The notes under the pieces are model-generated. The model saw nothing but the letters and a program-made list of their open reading frames with translations, did not search any database and was not told the DNA's origin. Shown here in pieces: positions 38,266 to 51,402 of a DNA stretch of 64,000 nucleotides. Positions within the stretch are counted from its first letter, which is position 1. Every line of letters starts with the position of its first letter. The position numbers were made by a program, and so were the translations under genes. Source of the DNA: Marsupella aquatica (Eukaryota > Plantae > Marchantiophyta); assembly GCA_973895155.1 (NCBI GenBank), contig OZ316898.1, forward strand, positions 12,737,659 to 12,801,658, given 5' to 3'.

Positions 38266-40814
38266 ATCACTAAAATTGGTCTGCTGCAGTAAAAGTATAC
38301 CTTTAATAAACTAGGCAGCCAGGCTTTGAGAATTCGTATCTAACATCTGTAATATGCAATGCCACCAAAACTCTCCCATGGTCTTACAAAATTTAATTTA
38401 GGCAAGAACTCTTAGTGGCTATCAGAAGTCTTTTAAGTATTTTCCACAGTAGTGCAATAGTGCAATCATGTTGTGAGGGGGGTCCGATAGCAAGGAGAGG
38501 CAGGCATGAGGCAAAGGGGCTTGACACAGTCTGCCCCAGGTGCCTGGGTTGGAGGGCAGTGCAAACTATCTGGAAGGAGTGAGGAAAACAGTCGGGGAGG
38601 GGGAGCCAGAGAGGCGAGCAGCAGGGTGAGGAGAGCCGTGGCAAGGAGGGGAGAGGGTGGCAGGGAGTGGAATGGAGATATGAGTTTGCACCAGATGGGT
38701 CAGGAGGGGGAGAGAGGACTGAGATGCATACCCTGTGAACAACATTGCTGTAATGACAATTGACTTCCACAATCATAACATGTTTGTAACATTGACATGA
38801 CATTAGATTAGATTATTTGTAGAATAATTTGAATGTTGGGTTACTTTAACAGGTGACTTGATCTAATTTGGATGACCTGAATGTACTGCTCAGATTAATC
38901 CTTCCAAGTAGCACGTACACAAGTGACCAACTAAACACAGACACAGACTAAAATTGTCCGTGTGATCCATGCTACGCATTATTTCCCTACAAAGTACAAT
39001 AGTGCATACTAAAATACATAGGGTGTTCTAGTGAATTCTCTAGTATCAGTCTCATCTCAATGTTAGTTCTATAGTGGGCTATCACATCACAATAGCATTT
39101 TATCTATGGCTCTAAATGTATAGATATCACACTCCACAAAAATGTAAAATTAGTTCAATTTTTTTTATAAAAATCACTAACAAACATTTGTTGGGTATGA
39201 GACTCTAATGATGGAAGTGAGTGGGAGACAACAGGGTATGTTTACTGTTCATCTAGGCAGATAAATGGTGGCCGGTTAGAGGCACAGGGGGCATGGCCTG
39301 TTTTATAGTGGCTGGTTAGGGCCAGATACCTCCCTTGCAAGGTACGCTGGGTAACCCATAGTATTCATTTCATGCACAATATATATAATATATAATATGT
39401 ATATGAAAGAGAATATCAATATTTAAGGAGCTTTCTATCATTGCTCTCATCTTATCAGCTCACCATAGGGGTCAATCTATGTGTCACAAAGAATTGCATC
39501 TAACAATAGTTAATATTTATTAAGAATCATCAAAAAAAAATTTTTTTGAAAAAGTATCTGCCCAAACCCATCTAACAATATGTTCATATTTCTTGAGATG
39601 CCTCCAAAATAGGTTTGAATAGAAAAGCACTTGCACAAAAATCCCATCTAACAATAGTGTTCCTCAAACTTTAGAAGACATGGACTTTTAGTCGGGCCAA
39701 GAGTTCATGGTGCAGGATGCGGACTGGTATACCAAATAGGCAACTGCCCTTTCTTGCCCAGGATTTTTTTGGCTAACTGCAGAACTTGGATTTTCCGCCA
39801 CTTCTATAGCTTTTACAACACCTCAAAACTAGTTCCTCCCAAGCCCGCCCCGACCAACCGCCCCCCCCCCCCCCCCCCCCCCCTCTTACCCATGCCCGAA
39901 ATGAAGGCCTTAGTTTTGGCCTTGTTTTCTGAGGTGAGAAGAGGGCCGTAATTTACAACTATAATAACTGATCTGGCCTTTTTGGTCTGTCGCCCCAACA
40001 CAAAAAAACTTTGGGGGGGGGGGGGAAGATCTAGATTCTTGGGATTTGATTATCTGTGTTCCCTGATATTGATGGAGAAAATCCCCCTAACACATATGTG
40101 TTTCACGTTGCCCCATAAATACTCTAACCCAACTCTATGGGCCTGCCCCGGGGGTTTGCCCAGGACAATGCCCTCTCACCCGCGATAGGGCTTTTTACTC
40201 CCAACGTCATCGAATCTCCTCCGAGGTTAGATTTCATCGCAAGCGGTGACCGAACAAAGAGCCAGAGAGAGAAAGACAGAGGGCCGCTCTCCAAGCGCCC
40301 CCCAGCCCGCGCGGCCATTGGCTTCCTGGAGTCGCCCACTGTAGCTGGCCCCTTTTCCCCCCCCTCTGTATGGCTGGGGCCGCACCGTCGCTGGCTCTTT
40401 TTCGCCCCTATCTACGGGCGGGCCGGGGCGGGCCGGGGCCGAGCGCGACCCAATCATGGTGAGCGTGAGAGAGCGGCCGGAATCAGATTTTGGTATTTAT
40501 AGTCGAGTCGAGTTGAGTCTGGTCTGGTCAATGGGTTTCTTCATCGCGAGGTGGGGTGCGACGCTGCGAAGCGAGAACGGAGCTCGCGCAGTGGGGTCAG
40601 GAATCCATGGTGGCCTGGAACAGTGGAATCCTTTTGAGCACTGGCGCTCTGGCAGGCACTACGAGGAGCTGCAGCGATGGCGGATTGATGACTGCCATGA
40701 TTGATACGATTCGATATTTATGGACTGTGGCATGTCTGTCGTATTGTGGGAGTTTGCACCGAGCAGTCAGTCGAGCTTCGGAGTACAGAAGAATGAGAAC
40801 CGAGACTCCGGAGA

Positions 40815-41100
40815 GCGAGAGGAGAGATGAGAGGAGAGGTGAGAGGAGAGGTGAGAGGAGAAACCTATTATTATTATTGTAGTGCGCAAAGCTAGTATTG
40901 CGGAAGCGGCCGCCGCGGGGAGAGACCGTGGAAGAGAGCAATTTGTATCATTCCAAGGTGCGGACGATTACGAGAGTCGCATCGCATCACATTCCGGTCC
41001 GTTTCCATTTCGGTCGTGGGAGGCGGATGATGATGAGCTAATCCGACGGAAGCAGCAGCAGCAGAAGAAGAAGCAGAAGAAGAGAAGAAGAAGAGGCAAG
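40815..41100 (+). repeat. Purine-rich microsatellites ((GAGGAGAGGT)n, (CAG)n/(AAG)n) upstream of PP2C
   Basis: Directly visible at 40818-40860 and 41050-41095. Confidence 0.85.
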
Positions 41101-43711
41101 GAGATAGAATTATAATGTTAGACGAATAGATAGATTGACGACGAGGATTTCGAGGAGTGAGCTGCCATCATCAGCGCCATCGAAGCGGAGGGAGCAGCAG
41201 CAGTATGACGGAGGTAGGCAGCTGAATAGATGCTAGGCGACTGGGTGAGAAACTGAGAATTTCTTCGTGGTTCGTTTAATTTAGAGAAAGATGAAGCTAG
41301 AAGTTTAGAGAATCGAGTCACTGATTAGAGACAGCTTCTCGGTGACGCGAGAGGTTCATCCTCCTCTCCTTTTCATGCAGTCTCGGCTGAGCGTTGACTC
41401 GATAGAAAGCATGAGAGCAGCAGTAGTCTTCTGAAGGTGAGGAAGGTGAGGAAGAAGGAGAGCATCATGTCGATTGAGGAAAGGTGAAGAAAAGGTGAGG
41501 CAGGGTGAGCGAGAGAAAAGTACAATCGAGACGCGATAATCATCGGGAAGTGAGTGAGGGTCAAATTCTAGAAGTGGAAAAACGAAAGGCCACTGGCTTT
41601 GCCTGCGGCAACCAGTCGCCGTTCGGGCATATCGTCCGGCGCCTGACGACGTTAGATTTTTGTCACTGGGTCGTCCTATTCCATCCAGCTTTTTGTCACT
41701 TATCGTCCTATTCGTTCCAGCTATCTGCTGTTATTATCCTGTAAGTCATAGCAGTAGGTGCAGTGGGCACTTTTGTTTGGGAGGCTTTGCGGATTGCACC
41801 GCTGTCTGTCTGCCTCGTCTGTGAGAGAGAAAGCAAGTCAGACGAGCACAGAGACGGGGAGGGAGGAAAGGAAAGCCGCGTCTGTGTGAGGGAGAAAGAG
41901 AGGAGACAGAAACACACATAGAGAGAGGGAGGGTGGAAACCACTGGAAAGAAAGGAGGGAGTGACTATTGCACGAAATGTCATGTGGCCACTAAAATTGG
42001 ATGGACAGTTGTCTTTTGGTACAGGTGCAAGGGGAATAGAGAGGCCTGTCACTGCCGCACAAAAGGACCGCTCCGGGTGTTCGTTCTTTGTGACGTGATG
42101 ACGGGGTCTTGGCGCACCTAGATGGCAGTGGGGACGGGAATGAACAGAACGCAATTCTGCCAATCAGGGGCCGCGAGGGAGGAGGGAAGTGCAATCTCTG
42201 CCTTTCTGTTCGAGAATTCAAGACTCGGGGAGTTTGCTACAAATTGACGATGTAAGTGATGCTACTGGATAGATAGCTGTCAGGACCAGGTTTTTTTGTA
42301 CAAATAGCTCACTCCAGGTTTTGCACTTTGTCCGGCTGTCTCCTCTTTCCTCCACTCCTTATTCCTAGGGTGGCAGAGGAATGGACAGAATGAACAAATT
42401 CACATTCTCCTGGCCTGACTTGGGCATTTTCAAGAGTCCATTTTCATGACATAGAGAAGGATTGATTGAGATACGAGTTGAGCAATGTTGGACAGAGACT
42501 CTGGGGTGCTATTTTCGTTCAACTGGAAAGAAAAGGAGATGGGGAGGAGGGGGAAGAGAGAGAGGGTGGGAGCAGAAGAGGGAGAGATGAAGGGTTCCCT
42601 TTCTGGCGTTGATGAATTCGGTGCGTCAGTGAGTCGAGGTCTAAACCTTCATACGCCCTCGCGCTCGCACATCCGGAAATTCTGGTGATATTTGATGTAT
42701 AGCTTTCGCGCATGGCGAATTATTCAATCCTAGCGATCGTGTGGTGTGCTCGGTTTGGTTGGTCTTGAGAGAAGATGCGGTGTGTTGAGCTTCTGGAAGA
42801 CTTGCGCAGACTTTCAACACTTTCTGTCTAGCTCTGCTGATTTCCTGTTGAGGTTTGTCATCTTGTCTTCGGAGTTTGGTCGCCGGGTCTTTGTCATTTT
42901 GTTAAGATTTGTGGTTGGTTTTGGAGGGACAGGCACTAGCTCATCTCAAAACGGTACAGTTAAGTGTAGATTGATCTGCTGGAAATGTGGAATGTTCACC
43001 GATTCTTGTCAAAGTCGTAGAGATGAGCGGAGACGGACTCAGAAGGAGGTTTTGTACGGCGCACTCTATGTTCAGTCGAAGCTGATAATGAATTATAGTG
43101 CTGATCTCTGCCCAGTTTGCGGGTTTTACTCGGGAGCTAGATTACTCTAGTACTGTAGAAACCGAGAAATGGACTCACCTGGGATAAACCATTACTGCAC
43201 TGGTCATAAGCGGACGTTAAATGGAAGGCCGAGATGTTCGAAGCTTGCCTTGGCGTGTCTGCCTCTTTCCTCCCAGCGTTGAAACAGAACGAGCCAGGAT
43301 TCTCGTTCTTCAATCCAACGCAACGTGAAATTGAAGCGGTTCCGGATTGGGGTGGACTGCACAAAGCGGACATCCCGGCGTAGTGGGGTTTCTATGCCTT
43401 AGTACTAGGATTCGGTTAGTATCTTGGTGGTTGGTGCACAGAAACCGGACACTGCGAGGAGTTCGATCTCTTCGTACTCGTCGGTCGGGTCCGTTCACCA
43501 TAATCTCACTCGCCCTGGATTGTGGTTTGGTGCAGGATGATGGTGCAGAGGGTGTTGTTCAAGACCATCCGGCTTGAGAGATCCTGACCTGGAGTTCTAG
43601 CTTCCTAGTGGTTACAGTAGAGGAGCTGGCGAAGATATGAAATTGAAGTTATTCTTTAGGAAGCGGAGCATTAGTCAAGCCAAGCTGGATACCCTTCTAG
43701 GCCAGGCTAAG

Positions 43712-46080
43712 ATGGGTGCAAATGCATCCCAACGGAAGGGTAGTTTGGAGCTGGAAGGCTCCGTTCGATCACGGCAACGGGCGACTCCTCTCGACGATGT
43801 GACAGTGAAAAATGGCTCAAAGGAAGCTGAAGATATGGATTCCGACGCAGAATCAGAAGCAGGGGAGCAAGAGGATCTGAGTGTAAGTTTTGGTTACCAG
43901 TGCCGCAGACAATTCAATACCAGCGACGAGGAAACGTCAAATCCAAGCCGCAATTCCGAGAGCTCTCGAGACGAGGAGGTAGCTGCCATGACTATCAAAC
44001 TAATTTCGAGAAAAAGTAGGTCTTTTTCTTGCTTGTCAGGTGCTGCCCTTGGCGCCAATGCGACTCTGGCCAACACAGCCCTGGGAAATGGCCTAATCGG
44101 AGAAGAAATATTGCCAGGTCTTGATTCCCCAAGGGAGTTCATTAAGCTGGTTTCTACAAAATTGGAGCTCTCGCGACAATCCGAGAACTCACCTCCGTCT
44201 ACGTCCGATTTTCTTATTTCGTCTTCTCCCCTACCGAGAGGCTCAAAGTCGTGTAGTGCCCCCAATCGGATAGAATCTACAAGCTTTCTCAACGCCACTG
44301 ATGTACGAACGGCAGGTGGAGCTGCTGGTGAGGATAGGGTCCAGGCCGTGTGTTCTGAGGAGAACGGATTGCTCTTCTGCGGGATATACGATGGCTTTAA
44401 TGGAAGAGACGCAGCTGACTATCTAGCGGGAACTTTTTACGAAACTGTCGGAGTGCAACTGAGGCTGCTGGAATGGCATATGCGGAGGGAACATCAGTCT
44501 GTAGGTTCCTGTGCAAGTGAATATCACCCATCTGCTCTGCAGGGATCCGATGCTCAGCATGGTCTAGTTCACACTCACAATATTCCGGAGGATCAGGAAG
44601 TCCCTATGAATGAAGAAAGTTTAGAAGATCCCACAATGGATGATACTTTTCGGCAAGGTCTGATGATTGCACTGGAGCGGGCATTTACACAAACAGAGTG
44701 TGATTTTCTGGACATGGTAGAGCAAGAAATGGACGAGAGGCCAGAGCTTGTCATGGTAGGCTCTTGTGTTTTGGCTGTGCTTCTGCACGGTCAGGATCTG
44801 TACACACTAAATGTAGGTGATAGTCGTGCAGTTTTGGCCACCACTCACCCGCCTGAGAATAGCATCTCTGCTGACCGAGTTGATGGAGGTGATCTCTGGG
44901 CGGTTCAGATGACCGAGTCACACGTGGTTGACAATGAAGAGGAAAACAGAAGGGTCCTATCTGAGCATCCAGACGATCCGGGGTCGATTTCCGGTGGAAG
45001 GCTTAAAGGGAAATTGAAGGTTACACGCGCTTTTGGAGCTGGTTATCTGAAGCATGTAAGTGGATAGAATAATATGGAAAGTACTGAGGAATTCACCTTT
45101 TTGGTAATCGTCTGTTAATCAATTGAAGGGTCACAGGCATGCGTTTTGAATTCCTGCTTCGCGGAGCTTTCGATCAGTGTTATGCTCATTAACCGTTCGA
45201 CAGAAAAATGAGTAGACCGGGATTGGAAAGAGTACGCTGATCAGAAGTGATCTCAATGGTGCTTGTTTGGGTTTCTTATTGTCGGTTCACCGGCTTCGGT
45301 TGCTGACGATTTTGCCGATTTCTCTGCAGGCGAAAATGAACAATGCCCTCATGGGTATTTTGAGAGTCAGAAACCTTTTCAGCCCTCCCTATCTAGGCGT
45401 AACTCCATGTGTGAGTGCCCATAGAGTATCTAGTGCGGACAATTTCGTCGTATTGGGGAGCGATGGTCTTTTCGATTTCTTCACCAATACGGAGGTTGTT
45501 AGCCTCGTAAATAACTTCGTGCACGAGAACCCGACTGGTGACCCAGCAAAATACATGTTGGAGCAGCTCCTGCTTCGTGCCGCTAAGAACGCAGGTACAT
45601 TTTAAGGTTTTCTGAACCCCCTTCAGTGTAGTCATCCAACTCAATTTGGGCGGCCATAGCAGTCCGATGCAACAGGACGCATTGGCTTTAGGTCTTTTTG
45701 TCAAGTATGTGATTTCTGCATTGTAATTATTAGGATATTTGTGATATAATGTCTTGCTGTAGATTATCGTTCACGTAAAGCGTGGTGCTTAAGCATGTTT
45801 AACACAGCAGTGGAAACGTGACATCCATCTCCCCGAGGATGCTAAATGTTCATGTAGATGAAGGAGAAAAATTGTGACGCTACTGGGGCAGTTTCTGTCC
45901 GTCTCTTTTCCCAAAACCTAAATCTACATGTCGTGCTGCGCAGGTATGTCAGTGGATCAATTGAAAGGAATTCCCATTGGACGGAGAAGGAAATATCACG
46001 ACGATGTAACCGTTATTGTGATATCATTGGGGGCACAGTTATCGACATCTACAGCGTCGACTCTTCGAGATGAAGACTAA
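43712..46080 (+). CDS. Protein phosphatase 2C, clade C (POLTERGEIST-like subfamily, PP2C40-type), 3 exons, ~581 aa
   Basis: Exons 43712-45055, 45330-45594 and 45944-46080 (GT-AG, 1746 nt). Motifs: SFSCLSGAALGANATLANT, AGGAAGEDRVQAVCSEENG, YDGFNGRDAAD, NVGDSRAVLA, GKLKVTRAFG, LGSDGLFDFF, RRKYHDDVTVIV. An upstream in-frame ATG lies at 43637. Confidence 0.95.
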
Positions 46081-46771
46081 AGTTCCACGAGTAGCTTTCA
46101 ACAAATGCAGGTGTAGGGGGGAGCTGTGTTTGACAATTGAAAAGAGTGCAAGTACCTGATTGTGAAGTCACCTGTATAATTTTCTAAAAAGGCACAGCCT
46201 GAGACATCACGAGGGGTATTCGGGGGCATAAACCCAGATCGAAGCCACAACCTGATCCAGTTAAAATCGCTGTGGGTAGATTACTTAGCGGCACATTGCT
46301 GCGTGAAAAACTTATTTGGCCCAATTCCTTGTTGGGTGGCAACGAAGAGTATTTGTAGTAGCTCTCTACCTTGCTGTGGTTTTGAGGCACACGGGAGGGG
46401 ACAGTGGAATGCCCGGGCTTATTGCAACTACATATTGGCCCGAATCATGAGTGTTTTCCTTAGGATAAACACATTATACTAGTGTCGTCTAATGACGACG
46501 TTCCTCCTTGTGGCATTTGGGTATAGTGGCAAATATTTCATATCAATATTGTAAATAAAGCATACTTTCGTATTTCTTCCTCCTTTGCTCTGCAATGCCG
46601 ATTATACCTTTTTCCATGGCCATTTCTAAAGTAGCCACAGCAGCTGCATCATTCTTTAACTTCGGCGTATGTATTTCTCTCGAGAGACTTTTAAAGCTCA
46701 ATGCCGTTGAGATACTCATGAATTCCTTCACGGTTTTTTTAATTACACAGCTTGGCACTTGAAACAGATCC

Positions 46772-46854
46772 ATGCCTCGATTTAGAGCGAGAGTTTGGAA
46801 GAGAATTTGAATGCCTAGATTAGAGCGAGAGTTTGGAAGAGATTTTGAGTGCCT
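46772..46854. repeat. ~39-bp tandem duplication
   Basis: atgcct(c/a)gatt(t)agagcgagagtttggaagaga(a/t)tttga occurs twice. Confidence 0.85.
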
Positions 46855-47424
46855 TTCTCCTGAACTCGAGAGCTAGCCCCGAGTCTCAGGGCTTCTGTAG
46901 ACGTGATACTATCATTGACTAAAATGTCGTCAAAGCTTTGTCTCCAAATCAGAACTTCGTCAAGCTTCGTCAAATCAGAAATTTTGTCAAAGCTTTTTCC
47001 AAGTCAGAAATTCGTTGACCTGTTGAATAGATGGTGGAAATCATGGGTAGAGATAATCTCTGCAGACAGTCCTCTATACCAATTTGTTCTCCCACTTTTC
47101 TGAGCTGTTGCCTTTTGACTTGTGGATGATTGTGTTGTACATTGTTGCTCTTAAAGCCCAGTTTGGGCCCCGTGAACTTCTGTTCATTTCAGGGTATTAT
47201 CAGGAGAGACAGCGAGCTCTTGCTTTTACTTTTGTTGGTACTTCAAGGTCTCGAGTCCCAGTGATGGTAGTACTAGCAGGTTGTCCTTGGGGCCCTATTC
47301 AGTAGAGTCCACCAACCCAAGCACCCCAACAACTATGGGGCACCTCAGCATCTATCTATCTATTTATATGTACAGTACCTTTACTGATCACGGTCACCAG
47401 CTATCTACCCATCTATTTAACTTT

Positions 47425-47630
47425 AAATCAAAGGCTACCTTTCATGATCTGCTCCCTATACTGAAATTTTAGACACTAATTTCTCTACCTTGGTCTAAAT
47501 GTCTATTTATACTATAATTTGCAATCAAAGTCTACCTTTCATAATCTACTCCTTATTGTGAAACCACCTTCTTGATGTACTCCCTATAGTGAAGCCATAG
47601 GCCTTGATTTCTCTAACTTGGTCTTAATGT
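47425..47630. repeat. Degenerate ~97-bp tandem repeat
   Basis: aatcaaag.ctacctttcat.atct.ctcc.tat..tgaaa and atttctcta.cttggtct.aatgt both recur. Confidence 0.65.
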
Positions 47631-48556
47631 AGGCTGAGGGAGGTGCTAACCTCTTTGTCTAGATATAGGCCAAGAGAGCTAAACATATAACATAGTAAGG
47701 AACAACTGGTGTCTTAAATTTTGAGAGGAGTTAGTTTGATTATGTATGTTATTTGTTGTGCATTTACTAGCACAATGCCCAAGCAATGTACGTCTATCAT
47801 TGTAGATGTGTCATCCTTGCCCCTATGGTGTCATTATGTTGAGGCAAAGTATAGTCAATGTTGAAGATGGTCAAGCTAACCATATGTGTTGAAATGATAG
47901 TCAAAAGCTAAATGAATTCATGAGTTGCACACTGGGATGAGAGTCAAAAGTTGTGGGGAAGGGAAGGAGAGTGCAAAGGGAAGCCAAGTGTCACAAGGCT
48001 ATAGTTGAAAAGACGGTAAGGAAAGCGGATACTAAAACATTAATCCCATGCCTATGTAGCTGCAAATTATACAAGTGGCACCGGAGGTAGTGCGGAAGAT
48101 GGTGCATGAAAAATTCTGTTGGCGGAGGAGAGGGTCCAGAGAGGCAAGAGGCACAAGTTGAGCTAGGGAGAGAGTTGCTGCAATTATGTTCATAGAGTTA
48201 ATCAGGACAATTTTACTTTTTGTGCATTGCCCTCTACCTACAGTTGCAACCCAAAATTCTACAGGTTACAAAATCCAAGGCACTCATCACAAGTGGTACA
48301 AGTTAGGGTAGATGACAATGGTGAGGATGATGACTTTAGAAAGCATCCATTAACTTTTTCATTAGATTTCTTGTCAACTTCATGAACTAAGAGGAGAAGA
48401 AAAACCAGTGTACTACCGGGTACAGTGTCCTAGAAATGGCCAAACAATGTACAATAGAGTAAAAGTTGAGGCATGCTAGTGTGCATTGTTAGACTAGGGG
48501 GTCACACTTATTTGAAAAAGGCACAAAACATGTGATAAAGTATAGGGCCATTTTAT

Positions 48557-48900
48557 TGTTAGATATTGCTCTAGTCTTGTGACTCATGAGCTAACCACAG
48601 TTAGTCTAACTCGGGTTAGGACTTAGCTAATGTTAGCGGTAGTGCTGTTGTGTATATAGCTAGGGCTGATGCCAGACCCTGGTGGAACTTAGGCTCATTG
48701 TTACGGAGCTAGTTGAGAGATAGGGAGAGCTTGTGCTGTGGATGCTTGGTATGGCCGGTCGGCCTAGAGTGCAGTAAAGCTCTTGTGTGTTCCCGTGGAC
48801 GTAGCCTCATGTGGAGGTGAACCACGTATCTCTCTGTGTCGACTATTGTGCGTTGGATGGTTCATGGGCTTGCCGTTGCGAATGTCGTCTATGCTCAACA
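48557..48900 (+). mobile_element. Copia-type solo LTR, 344 bp
   Basis: TGTTAG...TCAACA termini with perfect TSD TTTAT (48552-48556, 48901-48905). Contains TATA-like tgtatatagc and the ttcccgtggacgtag...gaaccacgta..tctgtgtc motif typical of plant Copia LTRs. Confidence 0.9.
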
Positions 48901-49689
48901 TTTATTGGTGCTAAGAAAATACCTCAATTTTCTGGGTAAAATAATATACTCTCCAAGAAGGGTATATATTACACGCTTTTGGGTGATAAAAACCCTAAAA
49001 TTAAGAAGAACTAAAATATTTTTCTAACCGACATTTTTGAATATTTTAAGAACATTTCCAGATTTGGCTCACATTCCAGAAAATCCTGCTTCTTATTAGT
49101 CTCACATATTTATAAACCCCAAGTGTTCTTACACCAAAATGTATAAGTATTCCACTAAACCCAACCATGGGTCGCTTATTTTCTTCTGACCCATCATGCA
49201 CAAATAAGTATGGGTTTTTTATTAGATTGAATGGAAGACTTATTAATTTTTGTGGAAGAGTATTAGGTGTGTTCTAATCCAATTATGGGAATTATAAGAA
49301 CTATAGTATTTATTTAGACCAAATCTAACAATATTCATAGAATAATTCATAAAGTTAGGGGTAGAAAAAAGGTTTTAAAAATGTTTCTTCTTTTCAGGTG
49401 TTTGTACTCAAAAGCTTTGCAAGTGATAGAAGACTGAGGACCTTGGACTGAGGCCCCTGGGATATATTGGGCATGAGGGGTGAAAAGACAATCAGTGAGG
49501 AACTCTGAAAAACATCAGGGTCAGTCTTAAATACTACTTGCAACTTATCAGAAAAGAAATGGCTCTTTAAACAGATTTGCAGAATACTTCAAACTAACAG
49601 GAGTAGAAAATTAATCCTTAAATTTTACAGTGTTGGAGCTTTCAAAATGTTGCACATGATGGGGGGCTCCATATAGTGAAGACCCCCAC

Positions 49690-50630
49690 GGAGGCTTAAG
49701 ATCTACTATGGATTGTTGGGGCTTGAACATGCAATAATGTTACTTGTTGAATTCCACTGACAAAAATGCATTGTCAATGGATTGTGGGGATCCTAAGCGA
49801 TCTGCTTGTGCGTGAATGTCTTGAGCTGCTTGTCAAAGGACCCAATTGAGTTGATGATGGAGTCTCCCAAATATCTCAATAGTAATGTTGAGGAAACTAT
49901 CGAGTGATGCTCATACTGCATATTTTTGTGAAGTTGTCATCCATGTTGGTGCCCATGCTCTTGCTATCCCAATGATATCCGAGGCAAATCAAGGGTTGGC
50001 TACCACAACATCTACCAAGGCATGCTGGTCATTTTGTTGAGCAAAGATGACATTCACAACGGCAAGCCCATGATCATCCAACGCAAAAGTAGTCAACACA
50101 GTGAAATATTTGGTTCACTTCAGCTGAGGCTACGTTCATGGGAACACATGAGAGCTTTATTGCAGAGTACACATTGAGAGTACTGTGCAACCTAGTTAAC
50201 CTAACCTAGTCCGTTACTAAGGTCAGTCCCAACTATGGTTATAGTTGTAACCCTAAACCTAAGAGTAAATGCCTAACACATTTTGTACCATTGTGAGGTC
50301 TGTGTATAATATTTGAGTTGGAGGACCAGGCATATCATGGGCACTCTTGCTTTACTTGTACCAAAGTGCATGCAAGGATTTGTTGAGCAGGAGCATCCTT
50401 CATGGCATCATGAACAAATCTGGTCTGTCCTGCACCCAAGATCAAGATTGACTTGTGTTTCATCACAGGGCTTCCCACTTGCATACAAAGTAGCCCAATT
50501 GACAGCCTAGCAGAAGTGGATATGGTAACCCCATAAAACAAAGCATGGCTATCATAAACTCGTTTGAAGAAAGACATCCCAATGTGAGGATGGTTGGATT
50601 GGCCTGAAATCAAACCCCATGCGCCCTTCC
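49690..50630 (-). mobile_element. Decayed 3' part of an RLE-type (CRE-like) non-LTR retrotransposon, interrupted by a solo LTR
   Basis: Minus-strand relics GAGQTRFVHDAMKDA...TK|NDQHALVDVVVANP...SFLNITIEIFGRLHHQ resemble the H-D-x-x-R-D...D-V-V-I-A-D-P...F-L-P-L-A-I-E-V-F-G pattern of restriction-like endonuclease domains. Many stops are present. Confidence 0.55.
50035..50278 (-). mobile_element. Copia-type solo LTR, 244 bp, related to 48557-48900, opposite orientation
   Basis: TGTTGAG...CTAACA termini with perfect TSD CATTT (50030-50034, 50279-50283). The first ~130 bp align with the reverse complement of 48770-48900. Confidence 0.88.
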
Positions 50631-51291
50631 CTCAGCAAAGTCCACTGGAAACTTTATTTTCCAGTGGAAACTTTATTTTGTACTCTTTGACCTCTGTCCT
50701 TCTACTCTTTGACTGCACGGCATGAGTTCCTTTCCAACAATGTGAGAGTTCCAGGGTTCCAAGGTTTCAAATCAGCGTAAGAGCAGATATGGAGACGAAG
50801 GTCTCTTTGGTAAAGAACCAGGTCAGGCTTTTTCAGAATATGAACAGTTAACGAATTTCTGCAATCAACGCATTCCATCCACTCGTTCATTCATTCCCTT
50901 TCTTCTGGTGTGGGGCCACACAAGGATTTCTGTAGCTTCACTACTGACTTCTGGAATTGAACATCTGGTCAGTACAGTACTCTTTTTGAGCTGGGATTGG
51001 TTTATTCCTATCCTCTCTTTCTAGAAATTCTGACAGTTCATCCATTCTTCACCACTATGGTTTTGGTTTCCTGTACAAAAACCATGGTGGGGCTGCCTGC
51101 TTACGGAATTCAAGAGATGGATGGCGAGAAATGATCAGCGATGGCCGAAGGGTTTCTGATCAGGAGGTGCTCCCTTAGATCTGGTATCTTTTTGCTTTGC
51201 TTGAATTCATAGATTTTCTCCGGGCATGCGTAATTGAAGACTGGAGGATCAACACAATTGGAACAAATAGCTCGCTCGTTGGCGAGCTCCC

Positions 51292-51367
51292 ATGGCGACA
51301 GAATTTTCCAGTGGCTCCGTTAGGTCAGGCAGCTGTGGTGATTGTTCAACCTCTGATGTCACCGAGC

Positions 51368-51402
<35 letters not shown>

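Noticed and set aside
40456-42221. Short ORFs as small peptide genes or conserved miRNA precursors
   Set aside because: I saw no CLE, RALF or DVL motif and no conserved miRNA sequence by eye. The ORFs mostly arise from low-complexity DNA.
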